Assembly: GCA_043736395.1 (NCBI GenBank)
Contig: JAYTCQ010000174.1
Location: 4,886 to 68,885, forward strand
Direction: 5' to 3'
Source of the DNA: Blastocatellia bacterium
GTDB taxonomy: Bacteria; Acidobacteriota; Blastocatellia; RBC074
Length of the DNA stretch: 64,000 bases
Part shown: piece after piece, positions 44,408 to 55,404 of the stretch
Layout of the letters: each line of letters starts with the position of its first letter
Numbering within the stretch: the stretch's first letter is position 1
Program-made: the position numbers and the translations under genes
The notes under the pieces: model-generated
The model's database searches: none
Told to the model about the DNA's origin: nothing
What the model saw: only the letters and a program-made list of their open reading frames with translations

Positions 44408-45868
44408 CTACGCTTTGATTTCCAATTTCACTTCTCGTGGCGCAGGTAACCTAGCTAATACTGCCAACCCCAAACGGCGGTGCAAGCCTTCTTCACTACA
44501 AACACGGGGATGAAAAGTTTCCGCAATTAATACGCTGCCAAGCGAGGTCCCCAGGCCTGCCAACAAAAGTAAAATCAAATTCTGTGACCAGTTAGGACTA
44601 ACCGGGTAACGCGCAATACTGGCGCCTTCCATTAAAATGACCTGCGTCAATTTTGACTTCTTAACAATGGCTTCAATTTCCGCTTCCTGCGCTTTCTGAC
44701 GGTATAAATCTACAGCTTCCTGATTGAGGAGACGCTCACGTTCAAGGCTCTCTTTTTTGACCCCTGCCTGGTTTAGGTTATTCACACGCGACTGATAGGT
44801 ATTCACCAGCTCACGAAGTCTCGCTTCACGCTCAACCAAAACTGCCAGCGAAGTCTCAGCTTTGAAGAGATCATCCGCGAGACGACGACGCGTCTGATTA
44901 ATCGCAAAAGAACGCTCACGCGGAGGGTTCTGTTCTTCCTTGGCAATCAACTCTTTGGATTTGGCAATGCGCTGATCCATGTCGCGAATCAACCGATGCT
45001 GGGGCTGATATTTTTGCAGCAACTGTGTGCGTTGCATTTCAAACGCCACCAGTTCTTCTTTCATTTTGTCCAATGCCTGCACGTATTTCGTTGAGGAGCC
45101 AACTTCCAGTTGTTCCGGTTCAGAAGCCAGTTGAGATTTCAGCGCATTGATTTGCTTCTGTGCCTCGCGCCTTTCGATGTCTGCCGCTTCCGCTTGTTTT
45201 TGAAGTTCGTAATATTGCTTTAAGACAAGCTCTTTTTGAGAAGCGTTCCCGTTTAATTCAGGTGTTGCCTCAACGCGCTTTAATGCGGTCGTTGCCGCAT
45301 CTAATTTCTGATTAAAAACTTCTGCTCGCTCACTCAACGCGGCTTTCGCATTCACTGGATTTATCGGCTGGCTCAGGCGTTCACGCTCCTTCAGATATTC
45401 AGCAAAAAACAGTTGCAAAACGCGTGCTGCTCGTTCAGGATTTTCATCGCGATAAGTAACTCTGATCACATTCGAACGATTGATTTCTTCCACCAAAAAT
45501 CGTGACGCAAATTGTTGCAGCGAATGCTCATCATTGCTCCCCTTCTGCTGTGCCACAGTCATCAGTAATTCCTGATTTTTCAGAAGTTCAATTTCGGAAG
45601 CGATTTGATTGGTTGCGGTTGCTTTGGAACCGTTCCCAGCAGAAATAGTTTCTGGACTGACCAGAATTTTTATCGAAGATTCGTATAAAGACACCATTTG
45701 GAACATCACCCCAATACCGCTCAGAACAATCAAACTAAATAGTGCAAGTGCCAGCTTTTTGCGCATCCAGATCACAGCACAAAATTCACGCCAAAGCGCT
45801 GACATTGAATTTAGATTGATAGAATTACTAAGCGACATAAGAGCCTTATAAATGAATTCACCGGGCAA
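44408..45868 (-). CDS. second PCP/GumC-like polysaccharide co-polymerase paralogue
   Basis: N-terminal TM (LALALFSLIVLSGIGVMF), an extensive coiled-coil periplasmic region and a C-terminal TM (LILLLLAGLGTSLGSVLIAETF). Same architecture as 41798..43312. The true start may be the internal MSALWREF Met. Confidence 0.65.
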   Translation of the reverse strand: MPGEFIYKALMSLSNSINLNSMSALWREFCAVIWMRKKLALALFSLIVLSGIGVMFQMVSLYESSIKILVSPETISAGNGSKATATNQIASEIELLKNQELLMTVAQQKGSNDEHSLQQFASRFLVEEINRSNVIRVTYRDENPERAARVLQLFFAEYLKERERLSQPINPVNAKAALSERAEVFNQKLDAATTALKRVEATPELNGNASQKELVLKQYYELQKQAEAADIERREAQKQINALKSQLASEPEQLEVGSSTKYVQALDKMKEELVAFEMQRTQLLQKYQPQHRLIRDMDQRIAKSKELIAKEEQNPPRERSFAINQTRRRLADDLFKAETSLAVLVEREARLRELVNTYQSRVNNLNQAGVKKESLERERLLNQEAVDLYRQKAQEAEIEAIVKKSKLTQVILMEGASIARYPVSPNWSQNLILLLLAGLGTSLGSVLIAETFHPRVCSEEGLHRRLGLAVLARLPAPREVKLEIKA

Positions 45869-46459
45869 AATTATAAACGCCTATAGACCTCTTAAATTCA
45901 GGAACTGCCTTGGCAAAATAATGTTTGATTGCACAGCCAGGAAAGAAAACCCTTTTGGGAAAGGGAAAAATGATGACTAGGGTGGTAAGAAACGATGGCA
46001 AGCTAATACGAAATAAATAACAACACCTGCCTCAAAGCTAAGGAGAAAAAATTCATCCTGACATGGGGAACTTTAGAGAAACGCAAATCGAAATTGCTTT
46101 CGCTCACCTGGCTTATTTGCTTAAAGGTATCGCTACTTGACGGTATGCATTAACCAGCATTGGACGATCTGCCACCGGGACTTAGGCTGAGCAACCAGAT
46201 GCTAATGATGTATTACTTAACGGGGTACCTCCTATCTAAAAACTATTCTCTAACCATCAGGCAACGCTTCAGAAGTACACATAGCTTTTTCGGTAAAAAC
46301 TGAGAACTACCTGACAAAAAATGTTGAATTATCCACACGTTTACAAATTGGTATTATCAATCTGCGTGCCATCCTTAACGGGAATTACGGCGACTGAGAT
46401 AACCGCTGTATTGATAATACTTATCCTCCCTAACTACCTGCTCCAATAATTGTTACCGC

Positions 46460-46476
46460 AAACACTAAGTGGCAAC
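46460..46476 (-). promoter_or_regulatory. perfectly palindromic sigma-54 -24/-12-type element (TGGCAA-N5-TTGCCA), read identically on both strands
   Basis: tggcaactttattgcca gives GG and GC at the canonical 10-nt spacing on both strands. It lies between the EPS operon start (45868) and the stop of the sigma-54 activator gene (46606). A second weaker element occurs on the minus strand (TGGCACgcagaTTGAt, rc of 46353-46371). Confidence 0.45.
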
Positions 46477-46605
46477 TTTATTGCCAGCTAACACTGCCAT
46501 TGCAACGATTCACCCTATAAACAAAGGCTATATTTCACTGGACATACAGTTGCCACTTGCATATTTTTTCAAATTCGACTTCTTCAAATTTTCCAGGAAG
46601 ATTAA

Positions 46606-49560
46606 TTAAGCGATTTTGGATTGTGGGAGCAGATGATGTCGGCGCAGCATTTTTCGTAGACCATATCGTGAAACGCCTAATTCGACTGCGACTCTGGAGA
46701 TATTTCCTTTATGTCGATTCAATGCTTCACTAATAACTTGATGCTCTGTATCCGCCACGGCTTCCGCCAATGAATGTTTATGTGAGGAAAAAGAAAACGA
46801 TGAGATGAGCCGGATTTCCGAGTGACTACGAATATTCGGCGAGAGCAGTTCTTCTGTAATCATTGTGCCTGCCGGAGTCAACGCCACTAATCTTTGCATC
46901 TCATTTTCCAGTTGCCGGGCATTTCCAGGCCAATCGTATTGTTTAAGTACTGACAAGGCATTCGACGAAAGAGAAATATCCTGTTTCTCTGATTGCACAA
47001 GATTGCGCGCCAGAAAATGTTCTGCCAGTAATGAAATTTCTTCGCGACGCTCTCGCAACGGAGGCATCCGAAATTCAATCACATTCAGCCGATAATAAAG
47101 ATCAGCGCGAAATTCATGACGGGTCACCATTTCTTCTAAATCACAATTCGTTGCTGCCAGGATGCGCACATCTACAATCCTTGGCGAAGCTTCGCCAATT
47201 CTTTGGACTTCCCCGTTTTGAAAAAATCTCAGTAATTTTGGCTGCATCTCGCGCGTCAGTTCACCTATTTCATCCAGGAATAATGTTCCCTTCTCGGCGG
47301 CTCCGATCATCCCCGGAAAATCCGCAGTAGCTCCGGTAAATGATCCGCGACGATGCCCGAAAAGTTGAGACTCAATTAGCTCACGAGGCGCAGAGGCACA
47401 ATTAAAAGGAATGAATGAATGTGCCGCGCGTTTGCTATACGCATGAATCGCACGTGCGACTAATTCTTTTCCCGTTCCGGTTTCGCCTGTAATTAAAACG
47501 GTGATTTCGCTACTGCGCAAACTCAGCACCTGCGCAACAATTTTTTTCATGACTTCGCTGCGATAGACCAAACCAGGTAATGAAATTTGATTCGCTTCAG
47601 CCGCGAAAGAAGGGGTCGTAAGCAATGGATGTTTACGCATATGGGAACTGCGTTCAAATCCGGCTCTGAACTGTTTTAATAAGAGTTCCAGTAAAGAATC
47701 CGGCAACGGCGCCTTTTGTCTTCCTAAGTATATAAATTTAATTTCACTCTGTTCTGAAAATGAATAAAGCTTTGCATCTCTTAAATCAATTTCGCTTTTC
47801 ATTAAGCGCTGGCTCAACTCAGAGGCAAAAGCTTCGGTGCAACCACAATAGATAGAAGGTTCCAGTATTTCGTTAGTTTCTTTGAAAAAAATGACCGGCG
47901 AGATTTGTAATTCTTCAAATAAAATACGAGCCATTTCACGCAATAATACTTCTGCTGAGAAATCCGCATCCAGCAATCGGGTAATTACGGAAATGACCTG
48001 ATCTGTGATACCAAACTTTTTTGAATTTGCGGTGGGGGCCGTATGTAAGCTCTTAGAAAATGATTGGACACGCTCCAACATTGGCTGCGCCTCTAGTTCT
48101 TCAAAGATATTTTTAGCTGTTTTCAGGGACTGACTGGCGAGCGCGAATTCCCCGCGTTGGGACTGAGCTTCAGCAAGATAATAATTGGCAACTCCTAATC
48201 GGTAACGGTCTCCCATGACTTGTCGAATTGAAATCGCCTGATTAAAACACCCCGTAGCTTCAGTTGCCTGATTCATTGCTACGTGTACAGAACCAGAAAC
48301 TTCGCGTAACTGCCCCATCAGACTATTAGTTTCTATTCGCTCAATTTCTTCTTTGATTGATTTCAGAAGCTCATAGGCGGCAGAAATTTCTCCCAGCGCT
48401 AAATGTGCTTCTATCAGACAAAGCTGTGCGGCGGCACTTCCGCGCGGGTCTCCCATCCGTTCACAAATTTGTAAACTTTCATGAAAGGACTCGGTCGCCT
48501 TCTGCACATCGCCTGCTAATAACCGGCCCCGCCCTTGCACTAGCAATGCCACGGCATAATTAAACCCAACTTTCAGTGCTCTTAATGATTCCAGGCTTTC
48601 TGCTATTAATTGTTCGGCTTTTTCAAAGTGCCCCTTGAGATAATGTAAGTCCGCAAGTGTTTCCAGTGAAGTAGCCACAACCAGAGTCGCTTCACAATGC
48701 CGGGCTCTGGATAGCGATTCATTTAAAGCTTCTTCAGCTCGTCGCAGTTCTCCCAGCCGTAAGAGGCTATAACCCAAATTTGAGTACGCATTAATAATCA
48801 ATCTTGGATTGCGCGCGCGTTCAAGTGATGGCAAGGCTCGCTCAATTAAAATAACGCTTTCCTGCATCTGACCTTGCAATGAAGCAATCGCCGCCAAATT
48901 AATATCCGTACTGCCTTGCATCAAGGGATCATCAATCGTGCTTAAAGCTTCGAGAGCTTGATGAAATGATTGCTTTGCTTGATCAAATTCACCTTCCAGA
49001 AAATAAACAATTCCGATTCCGTTATAAGCCTGGGCTAGAAATAATTGCTGGCTCCGATTCTGATTTTCGTCTATCACTTTTGAGAAATGGTCGCGCGCAA
49101 ACCATAGTTCACCCAAACGCCGATACAGGGTCCCAAGCAAAATCTGCCCTTTGACTTTGACCTGCGCATTATTTTCTTCCTGTGATAAAGCGATGGATTG
49201 TTTGGCGTAAGCAATTGCCTTTGGTAAATCGGTGGCTCCGTAAGCCGAACCAAGTCGGTAGCAAATTTCGCTTTGGGCAAGGAGTGAAACGGCTCGGCGG
49301 TGGCGATCATCTTCATAGCCAGTCAGGACAGCCAGCGCCTTGGAAAATTGAGCTAAACTTTCCAGCGCCTCAGCTAAAAGACAACGTATCAAGGCTTCTG
49401 ATTCAGGGCGTAAGCTGGAAGATTTAAGCGCGAGTTCACAATGAGAAACGGTCTCTTCATATAAAAAACTGTGCATCGCAGAACGCGCCTGGCTGACGCA
49501 TTTTCCCCAACCGGGTGTGCGCGCTAAAGCTGATTTTTTGTCACTTCGAGAGTCTGCCAT
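46606..49560 (-). CDS. sigma-54-dependent transcriptional activator (bEBP) with N-terminal TPR array and GAF-like domain instead of a receiver; C-terminal Fis-type HTH
   Basis: AAA+ sigma-54 interaction domain with Walker A GETGTGKELVARAIH, the GAFTGA-equivalent GSFTGA, ESQLFGH and Walker B LFLDEIGEL. C-terminal HTH RHKGNISRVAVELGVSRYGLRKMLRR. The N-terminal ~600 aa contain many TPR-like helical repeats (e.g. AQAYNGIGIVYFLEGEFDQAKQSFHQALE). Confidence 0.85.
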   Translation of the reverse strand: MADSRSDKKSALARTPGWGKCVSQARSAMHSFLYEETVSHCELALKSSSLRPESEALIRCLLAEALESLAQFSKALAVLTGYEDDRHRRAVSLLAQSEICYRLGSAYGATDLPKAIAYAKQSIALSQEENNAQVKVKGQILLGTLYRRLGELWFARDHFSKVIDENQNRSQQLFLAQAYNGIGIVYFLEGEFDQAKQSFHQALEALSTIDDPLMQGSTDINLAAIASLQGQMQESVILIERALPSLERARNPRLIINAYSNLGYSLLRLGELRRAEEALNESLSRARHCEATLVVATSLETLADLHYLKGHFEKAEQLIAESLESLRALKVGFNYAVALLVQGRGRLLAGDVQKATESFHESLQICERMGDPRGSAAAQLCLIEAHLALGEISAAYELLKSIKEEIERIETNSLMGQLREVSGSVHVAMNQATEATGCFNQAISIRQVMGDRYRLGVANYYLAEAQSQRGEFALASQSLKTAKNIFEELEAQPMLERVQSFSKSLHTAPTANSKKFGITDQVISVITRLLDADFSAEVLLREMARILFEELQISPVIFFKETNEILEPSIYCGCTEAFASELSQRLMKSEIDLRDAKLYSFSEQSEIKFIYLGRQKAPLPDSLLELLLKQFRAGFERSSHMRKHPLLTTPSFAAEANQISLPGLVYRSEVMKKIVAQVLSLRSSEITVLITGETGTGKELVARAIHAYSKRAAHSFIPFNCASAPRELIESQLFGHRRGSFTGATADFPGMIGAAEKGTLFLDEIGELTREMQPKLLRFFQNGEVQRIGEASPRIVDVRILAATNCDLEEMVTRHEFRADLYYRLNVIEFRMPPLRERREEISLLAEHFLARNLVQSEKQDISLSSNALSVLKQYDWPGNARQLENEMQRLVALTPAGTMITEELLSPNIRSHSEIRLISSFSFSSHKHSLAEAVADTEHQVISEALNRHKGNISRVAVELGVSRYGLRKMLRRHHLLPQSKIA

Positions 49561-49803
49561 AAATCCTGGTTCCTACCTAAATCAACTCAAAAATGAAAGA
49601 TCGCCCCTGTTACTACCCACTAAAGGTTCACTGTGATGGGGCTATGACAAGTAATATTTTCAATCGCCATATTTATTTAGGAGATTCGTCACAAATCAGA
49701 AAAAATCAGACATTTTTTTCTAATCTCTGCAACTTCTACTCAATTGAACATTTCTATCGGATGAGGCTCTGTGGTCTTTGGGTAATACTTTGCGAACCCC
49801 TAC

Positions 49804-51726
49804 ATGCACACAGAGCATAAGAATCGTATGAAGAACCTACGTCGGGAAAAAATCTATAGATTCTCGTTGCTGCTATTGGTAACGCTCTTCCTACTGCCAA
49901 CCCAATTTTCTGGAAGCAAGGCACAAAACCAGTCATCGCAAAAAAATGAAAAGCCTTCCTGGTTGAAAAAGAAAATTGCTCCTGATTTGGAAGATTCAAA
50001 CGAGCTTCAGAATAATGACCTCCGACGTATTGTGGTGAAATTCAATAGCTTCACTTCAGACTCTGTCTTGAAATCCAAAGTGTTGGGCGTCGGCGGAAAA
50101 ATTCATAAGATTCACCAAAATATGGGTCTGGCTACAGTTGATATTCCTCGCTCACGAGTCAATGAATTGGCTGAAGCCCTGGAGGTGGAATATATCAGTC
50201 CTGATCGCCCGTTAATGGCTTTTAGTCATATTGAAACAACCACGGGGGCCGAGCAGATTCGCAATCTGGTGAGTGGAACCACACTAAACGGAAAAGGTAT
50301 CGGGATAGCAATTATTGATAGCGGAATTGACAGTAATCACAAACTGATTCGATCTTCATCAGGTCATCCCGGAATAGTAAAATATTCCAGCTTTCTCGCC
50401 AGTAGTGCAACTACCGATAAATATGGACATGGTACGCATGTCGCCTCAATTGCAAGTGGAGGCAATGAGCTTAAAGGCCTCTATCAGGGCGTCGCGCCGG
50501 GTGCCAATTTGATTAATTTACGCGTCCTCGATGATCGCGGGCTGGGCACAATCAGTAGCCTCATCGCAGCAATTGACTGGTGCATTATCAATAAAACTCT
50601 CTATAATATTCGTGTTATTAACCTAAGCGTTGGAGCTGTCGCTTCGGACAGTTATAAAAATGACCCCCTTTGTTTAGCCACACGTCGCGCTGTAAATGCT
50701 GGAATTATCGTCGTAGCAGCAGCTGGAAATGATGGAAAAAACTACATTGGGAAAAAATTTTATGGCGGCATTCACTCACCTGGAATTGACCCTTCAGTGA
50801 TTACAGTTGGTGCTACGAATTCTTACTTTACAGATCGTCGTTCTGATGACGTGGTCGCTACCTACAGCTCTCGTGGTCCCACTCGCGGATATGTCACCAG
50901 CGCTAATGGTCTGAAAAATTATGACAACTTGATTAAGCCTGATCTAGTAGCTCCCGGCAATAAAATCATTGGCGCCAGCTCCAGTAATCCAGATACTAAA
51001 GACAGCCTTAATAATCTCGTGTTGAGTTATCCTGTTTTAGCTGTCGACTCATCAGCTAAGCCTGCCGACCGGGTCATGTATTTGAATGGGACTTCGGTCG
51101 CTACCCCTGTAGTTTCCGGCGCAGTCGCATTATTGTTGCAAGCCAATCCGAACTTAACACCGAATCTGGTGAAAGCGATTTTGATGTATACAGCGCAACC
51201 AATTCGCGGATTCAACACGTTGGAGCAGGGAGCAGGATCACTTAACATTGATGGTGCTCTCCGTATCGCCAGGCTAATTAAATCCAATCCCTCTTCCTTA
51301 TCAAATGGCTCATCAATGCTAAACAGTTCACTTCCATCACCCCAACTCAGCAATATCTCCGGTGAGAATTGTTGGTGGAGTCAGGGTGTTGTGACGAACC
51401 ATTGTTTTCTGACAGGCAGCAATTTAATGATTTATTGGCAGGGGGTCTATTCGAAAAGCTTTACTCTGACGGATGCAACTAAGGTTACTAACGGTAGTTT
51501 CTCTCAAGTCCCAGGACTCACTTCGTGGGGAATTTCAAATAGCCTTGGAGTAACTTTTGCCGATGGAAACACGATGGCTGATGGCTATCTTCTCGCAAAC
51601 GGTGTAACTTTTGCTGATGGAATAGCCTTTCCCAGTGGAGTCACCTTTGCCGACGGTCAAATGGTCTTCGATAGCACGATCATCACAAAATCCGTCAAAT
51701 CAAAGGTTGTGGTACCTGGTGACTAG
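49804..51726 (+). CDS. secreted subtilisin-like serine peptidase (S8 family) with C-terminal GVTFADG repeats
   Basis: Catalytic triad motifs: AIIDSGIDSNH (Asp), HGTHVASIASG (His), GTSVATPVVSGAVALL (Ser). Signal peptide after the second Met (MKNLRREKIYRFSLLLLVTLFLLP). The C-terminus has three degenerate GVTFADG repeats. Confidence 0.85.
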   Translation: MHTEHKNRMKNLRREKIYRFSLLLLVTLFLLPTQFSGSKAQNQSSQKNEKPSWLKKKIAPDLEDSNELQNNDLRRIVVKFNSFTSDSVLKSKVLGVGGKIHKIHQNMGLATVDIPRSRVNELAEALEVEYISPDRPLMAFSHIETTTGAEQIRNLVSGTTLNGKGIGIAIIDSGIDSNHKLIRSSSGHPGIVKYSSFLASSATTDKYGHGTHVASIASGGNELKGLYQGVAPGANLINLRVLDDRGLGTISSLIAAIDWCIINKTLYNIRVINLSVGAVASDSYKNDPLCLATRRAVNAGIIVVAAAGNDGKNYIGKKFYGGIHSPGIDPSVITVGATNSYFTDRRSDDVVATYSSRGPTRGYVTSANGLKNYDNLIKPDLVAPGNKIIGASSSNPDTKDSLNNLVLSYPVLAVDSSAKPADRVMYLNGTSVATPVVSGAVALLLQANPNLTPNLVKAILMYTAQPIRGFNTLEQGAGSLNIDGALRIARLIKSNPSSLSNGSSMLNSSLPSPQLSNISGENCWWSQGVVTNHCFLTGSNLMIYWQGVYSKSFTLTDATKVTNGSFSQVPGLTSWGISNSLGVTFADGNTMADGYLLANGVTFADGIAFPSGVTFADGQMVFDSTIITKSVKSKVVVPGD

Positions 51727-51769
51727 GTTATTTATAAAATAACTTTATTGAGAGCTAACGCGAGCATAT

Positions 51770-52480
51770 ATGAACAGCCATTTTCCCGGCATCAAAAGCT
51801 TACATCTTCTAATGATTGCAAGTGTTTTTTCATTTTTATTAATGCAATCATCGGGAGCGCAATCAATTCCCAAACCAACTGAAAAATCAGCCCAGACGAA
51901 TGTTGTTAATTCAACTCCTGACTATCAAATTCACAAAGGCGATAAACTCAGTATCAAATTTCTTTATCAGCCGGAATTGAGTGATGCGGCAGTTGTCGTG
52001 CGACCAGATGGCAAGATCAGCTTGCCAATGGTAGATGAACTGAAGGTGGAAGGATTAACTGCACAACAAGTGAAGAAGTTACTCGAAAAAGCCTATCGGG
52101 AAATCCTGCTTGATCCTGAAATTAATGTCAGCGTCATAGAATTTGTGCCTCAGCGCTTTTTTGTTGGAGGGCAGGTTTTTAAACCGGGAAGCTATGACAT
52201 GCGCGCCGGACAAACTCTCTTACAAGCTATCATTCTGGCCGGAGGATTTACGCCGGACGCGCATCGAAAATATGTGCTTCACGCCAGACCAGTTGGCAAT
52301 AAAGAACTGAAAGTAACAGCGATTGATGTGACGAAAATCTTAAAAACCGGGGATAACAAAGAAGAAATTTTTCTTCAGGATGGAGACTATATTTTTATCC
52401 CCAACTCAAAACTTTCAAAATTTAATTCAATCGTAACGGCGTTTCGCTCTATCATGCCGGGGTATGCCATTCAGTTTTAA
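51770..52480 (+). CDS. polysaccharide export protein (Wza/GumB/EpsA-like, Poly_export + SLBB)
   Basis: Signal peptide. Poly_export-type N-terminal domain (YQIHKGDKLSIKFLYQPELSDAAVVVRPDGKISLPMVDELKVEGLTAQQV). Second SLBB-like domain (ILKTGDNKEEIFLQDGDYIFIPN). Confidence 0.75.
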   Translation: MNSHFPGIKSLHLLMIASVFSFLLMQSSGAQSIPKPTEKSAQTNVVNSTPDYQIHKGDKLSIKFLYQPELSDAAVVVRPDGKISLPMVDELKVEGLTAQQVKKLLEKAYREILLDPEINVSVIEFVPQRFFVGGQVFKPGSYDMRAGQTLLQAIILAGGFTPDAHRKYVLHARPVGNKELKVTAIDVTKILKTGDNKEEIFLQDGDYIFIPNSKLSKFNSIVTAFRSIMPGYAIQF

Positions 52481-52485
52481 TTGTT

Positions 52486-55242
52486 CTACATCGCCTCAAT
52501 CATAGCTGCCAGTTTTGTCAATTGCTCTTCAATTTCAGCCGTACGAGCGCGAGATTCTGTCACAACTTCGACAGCGGCGCGGGCTACGAAATCAGCATTT
52601 GACAAGCGTTTTTGCAGGCTTTCAAGTTCTTTGCTAAGTTTCGTGGCGCTGGCTTCCAATCGCGCTTTTTCTTTTTCGAAATCTATTAAACCTTCCAGCG
52701 GAACAGCGATTTCAATGCCGCTCAAAACATCGCGGACAGAACCTTTTTGGGTAGTGATAGATTCTACCAATTCAAGATTTTCAAGTCGTGCCAATCTGAC
52801 GATTTGATCTGTCATCGCAGTAATCACAGCTTTGCTGCCTTCGTCTGAAGTTGCCAGTTGCGCATTAATTTTTACTGACGGGGAAATATTAAAAGTAGCG
52901 CGAATGTTACGGAGTTTCGATACGACTCCAGTGAATAATTCCATCTCGCGTTCAGCTTGCTCATCGCGTGCACCAGCTTGTGGAAAAGCCTTCAGGCAAA
53001 TTGTTTCTCCCCGATGCGGCAGACGTTGCCACAGCTCTTCGGTGATGAATGGCATCAGTGGATGCAATAAGCACAGGCTGCGTTCGAGGATGTAAATGAT
53101 GCGGCGTTTCACCGCAGTATTTTCATCAGAAATTTCCGTCGAAGTCACAAACGGCTTTGATAATTCAATGTACCAATCACAAAAATCATTCCAGAAAAAT
53201 TGGTACAATGTTGCGGCTGCTTCGTGAAAACGATACTCCGCGAGCGCTGAATTCACTTCACTGGTGGCGTATTGCAAACGGCTTAAAATCCAACGATCAG
53301 CGAGAGTCGGATTCGATAATTTCGTTTCCCATTCGAGCGGTTCCTGCGCTTCTAAAATCTCATCGCAATTCATCAAGACAAACCGCGTCGCATTCCAAAT
53401 TTTATTGGCAAAATTTCGCGAAGATTCGAGCTTAGAATCTTGCAGCGCCAGCGTCAATCCAGCTGTCGAAGCTGCCGTCAAAGCAAAGCGCGCCGCGTCT
53501 GTTCCATACTGAGCAAACACATCCAGCGGATCAATCACATTGCCCTTCGTCTTGGACATTTTCTGTCCCTGCGGATCAAGCACAATTGCGTTGATATAAA
53601 CCGTGCTGAACGGGACTTCGCCCATAAATTTCAAGCCCATCATCATCATTCGCGCGACCCAGAAAAAGATGATGTCTTGCGCCGTGACTAAAACTTGCGT
53701 GGGATAGAATTTTTTTAAATCTTCAGTTTGCTCAGGCCAACCGAGCGTTGAGAAAGGCCACAGTGCCGATGAAAACCAAGTATCAAGAACATCTTCATCT
53801 GGAGTCAAAATCGTGTTCGAATCTTTTCCTTGTTGTGCTAACCGTTCACGCGCTTCGCCTTCGTTACGAGCAACAATAATTTCACCTTCAGGAGTATACC
53901 AAGCCGGAATGCGATGCCCCCACCAGAGTTGCCGCGAGATGCACCAGTCCTGAATATTTTCGAGCCAGCCACAATAAATTTTCGAAACTCCTTCAGGAAT
54001 AATTTTCGTACGCCCATCTACAACAGCTTGCAGCGCGGGTTCGGCGAGCGGCTGCATTTTCATAAACCATTGCGTAGAAATTAATGGTTCGACAACTTGC
54101 CCGCTACGTTGGCAGTGTCCGACGTTGTGCGTGTAATCCTCAGTCTTGAGCAATAATCCAGCCGTTTCCAAATCAGCAACAACGGCTTTGCGCGCAGCGT
54201 AGCGATCTAGTCCGCGATATTTTTCTGGCGCAGCATCTGTGATTTTTGCTTCTTTGCTGATGACCTGAATGAATTCGAGATGATGGCGTTTGCCCATCGC
54301 AAAATCGTTTGGATCGTGCGCAGGAGTAACTTTAACCAAGCCTGTACCGAAATCTTTTTCGACGAGATTATCTTGAATAAAGTTTATTTGGCGTCCGACC
54401 AAGGGCAGCACAGCTTTTTGGTTTTTCAATTCGGCGTAGCGTTCATCATCAGGATTGAACGCCACTGCCGTATCACCAAGCATCGTTTCAGGACGCGTTG
54501 TTGCGACTACAATAAATGTTCCCTGCGCAGTTTTGAGCAATCCTGATTTCGCTTCACCTTCATTAAGTGCGGCGTAGGCTTCGGCTAAGCCTTCGTAAGT
54601 TTCATTACCACTCGCAGAACCCACCGGATAAGCGATGTGCCAGATGTTGCCTTTGACTGGTTTCATCTCGGTTTCGAGATCGGAAATCGCAGTCTGCAAT
54701 CCAGGTGACCAGTTGACCATGTATTCGCCGCGATAGATCAAACCTTCATCATACAACCGCACAAAAACTTCGAGCACAGCTTTGGATAAGCCTTCGTCCA
54801 TCGTGAAGCGTTCGCGTGACCAGTCTACGGAATCACCCACAATACGCATTTGTTTTTGAATCGTACCGCCGGAGTGCGCTTTCCATTCCCAAACTTTTTC
54901 GAGGAATCTTTCGCGGCCTAAATCGCGGCGGTCAACGCCTTCTGCGGCGAGCTGCCGCGTCACTACCATTTGCGTCGCGATGCCGGCGTGATCAGTTCCT
55001 GGAAGCCACAAAACTCTGTCGCCGTTCATTCTGCGCCAACGCGCTAACACGTCCTGCAATGTATGATTAAGGGCGTGTCCCATGTGCAAATATCCCGTGA
55101 CGTTCGGCGGCGGAATCACCATCGTAAAAACAGGCGCATCAGGATTCGTTTGTTTTTCAGGAGCAAAATAATTGTTCTGTTCCCATTCGGGATACCAGCG
55201 GGCTTCGACTTCTTTAGGTTCGTATTGTTTCGGAATTTCCAT
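52486..55242 (-). CDS. valS: valine--tRNA ligase
   Basis: Class I aaRS HIGH motif ([21 protein letters not shown]) and KMSKS motif (KMSKTKGN). Editing domain. 918 aa with a C-terminal coiled coil typical of ValRS. The N-terminus [17 protein letters not shown] is ValRS-like. Confidence 0.95.
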   Translation of the reverse strand: MEIPKQYEPKEVEARWYPEWEQNNYFAPEKQTNPDAPVFTMVIPPPNVTGYLHMGHALNHTLQDVLARWRRMNGDRVLWLPGTDHAGIATQMVVTRQLAAEGVDRRDLGRERFLEKVWEWKAHSGGTIQKQMRIVGDSVDWSRERFTMDEGLSKAVLEVFVRLYDEGLIYRGEYMVNWSPGLQTAISDLETEMKPVKGNIWHIAYPVGSASGNETYEGLAEAYAALNEGEAKSGLLKTAQGTFIVVATTRPETMLGDTAVAFNPDDERYAELKNQKAVLPLVGRQINFIQDNLVEKDFGTGLVKVTPAHDPNDFAMGKRHHLEFIQVISKEAKITDAAPEKYRGLDRYAARKAVVADLETAGLLLKTEDYTHNVGHCQRSGQVVEPLISTQWFMKMQPLAEPALQAVVDGRTKIIPEGVSKIYCGWLENIQDWCISRQLWWGHRIPAWYTPEGEIIVARNEGEARERLAQQGKDSNTILTPDEDVLDTWFSSALWPFSTLGWPEQTEDLKKFYPTQVLVTAQDIIFFWVARMMMMGLKFMGEVPFSTVYINAIVLDPQGQKMSKTKGNVIDPLDVFAQYGTDAARFALTAASTAGLTLALQDSKLESSRNFANKIWNATRFVLMNCDEILEAQEPLEWETKLSNPTLADRWILSRLQYATSEVNSALAEYRFHEAAATLYQFFWNDFCDWYIELSKPFVTSTEISDENTAVKRRIIYILERSLCLLHPLMPFITEELWQRLPHRGETICLKAFPQAGARDEQAEREMELFTGVVSKLRNIRATFNISPSVKINAQLATSDEGSKAVITAMTDQIVRLARLENLELVESITTQKGSVRDVLSGIEIAVPLEGLIDFEKEKARLEASATKLSKELESLQKRLSNADFVARAAVEVVTESRARTAEIEEQLTKLAAMIEAM

Positions 55243-55340
55243 ATTTTTGAGCGATCAGCAATGAGCGATTAGCATTTAGCTTTCTAACGAGTAAAAATGA
55301 ATTGCCAATCATCTGGAATCTTGCGAGGTTCGTCAACAGC

Positions 55341-55380
55341 AAAAAATAACGCCGGCAACTTTTTCAAGCGCCGACGTTAT
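55341..55380 (-). terminator. rho-independent terminator downstream of the response-regulator gene (minus strand)
   Basis: On the minus strand: ataacgtcggcgc-ttgaaaaagtt-gccggcgttat stem (10/11 bp) followed by ttttttgctg. Confidence 0.55.
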
Positions 55381-55404
55381 GCGGGGGTCAGTAAATCAAT
55401 AAAT

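Noticed and set aside
45869-46605. Possible tRNA or small ORF in the 737-bp gap upstream of the EPS operon
   Set aside because: No cloverleaf-compatible segment was found (no GTTC/TPsiC-like arm with matching acceptor stem). The short ATG-initiated frames have no RBS. The region is better explained as a long sigma-54 leader or promoter.
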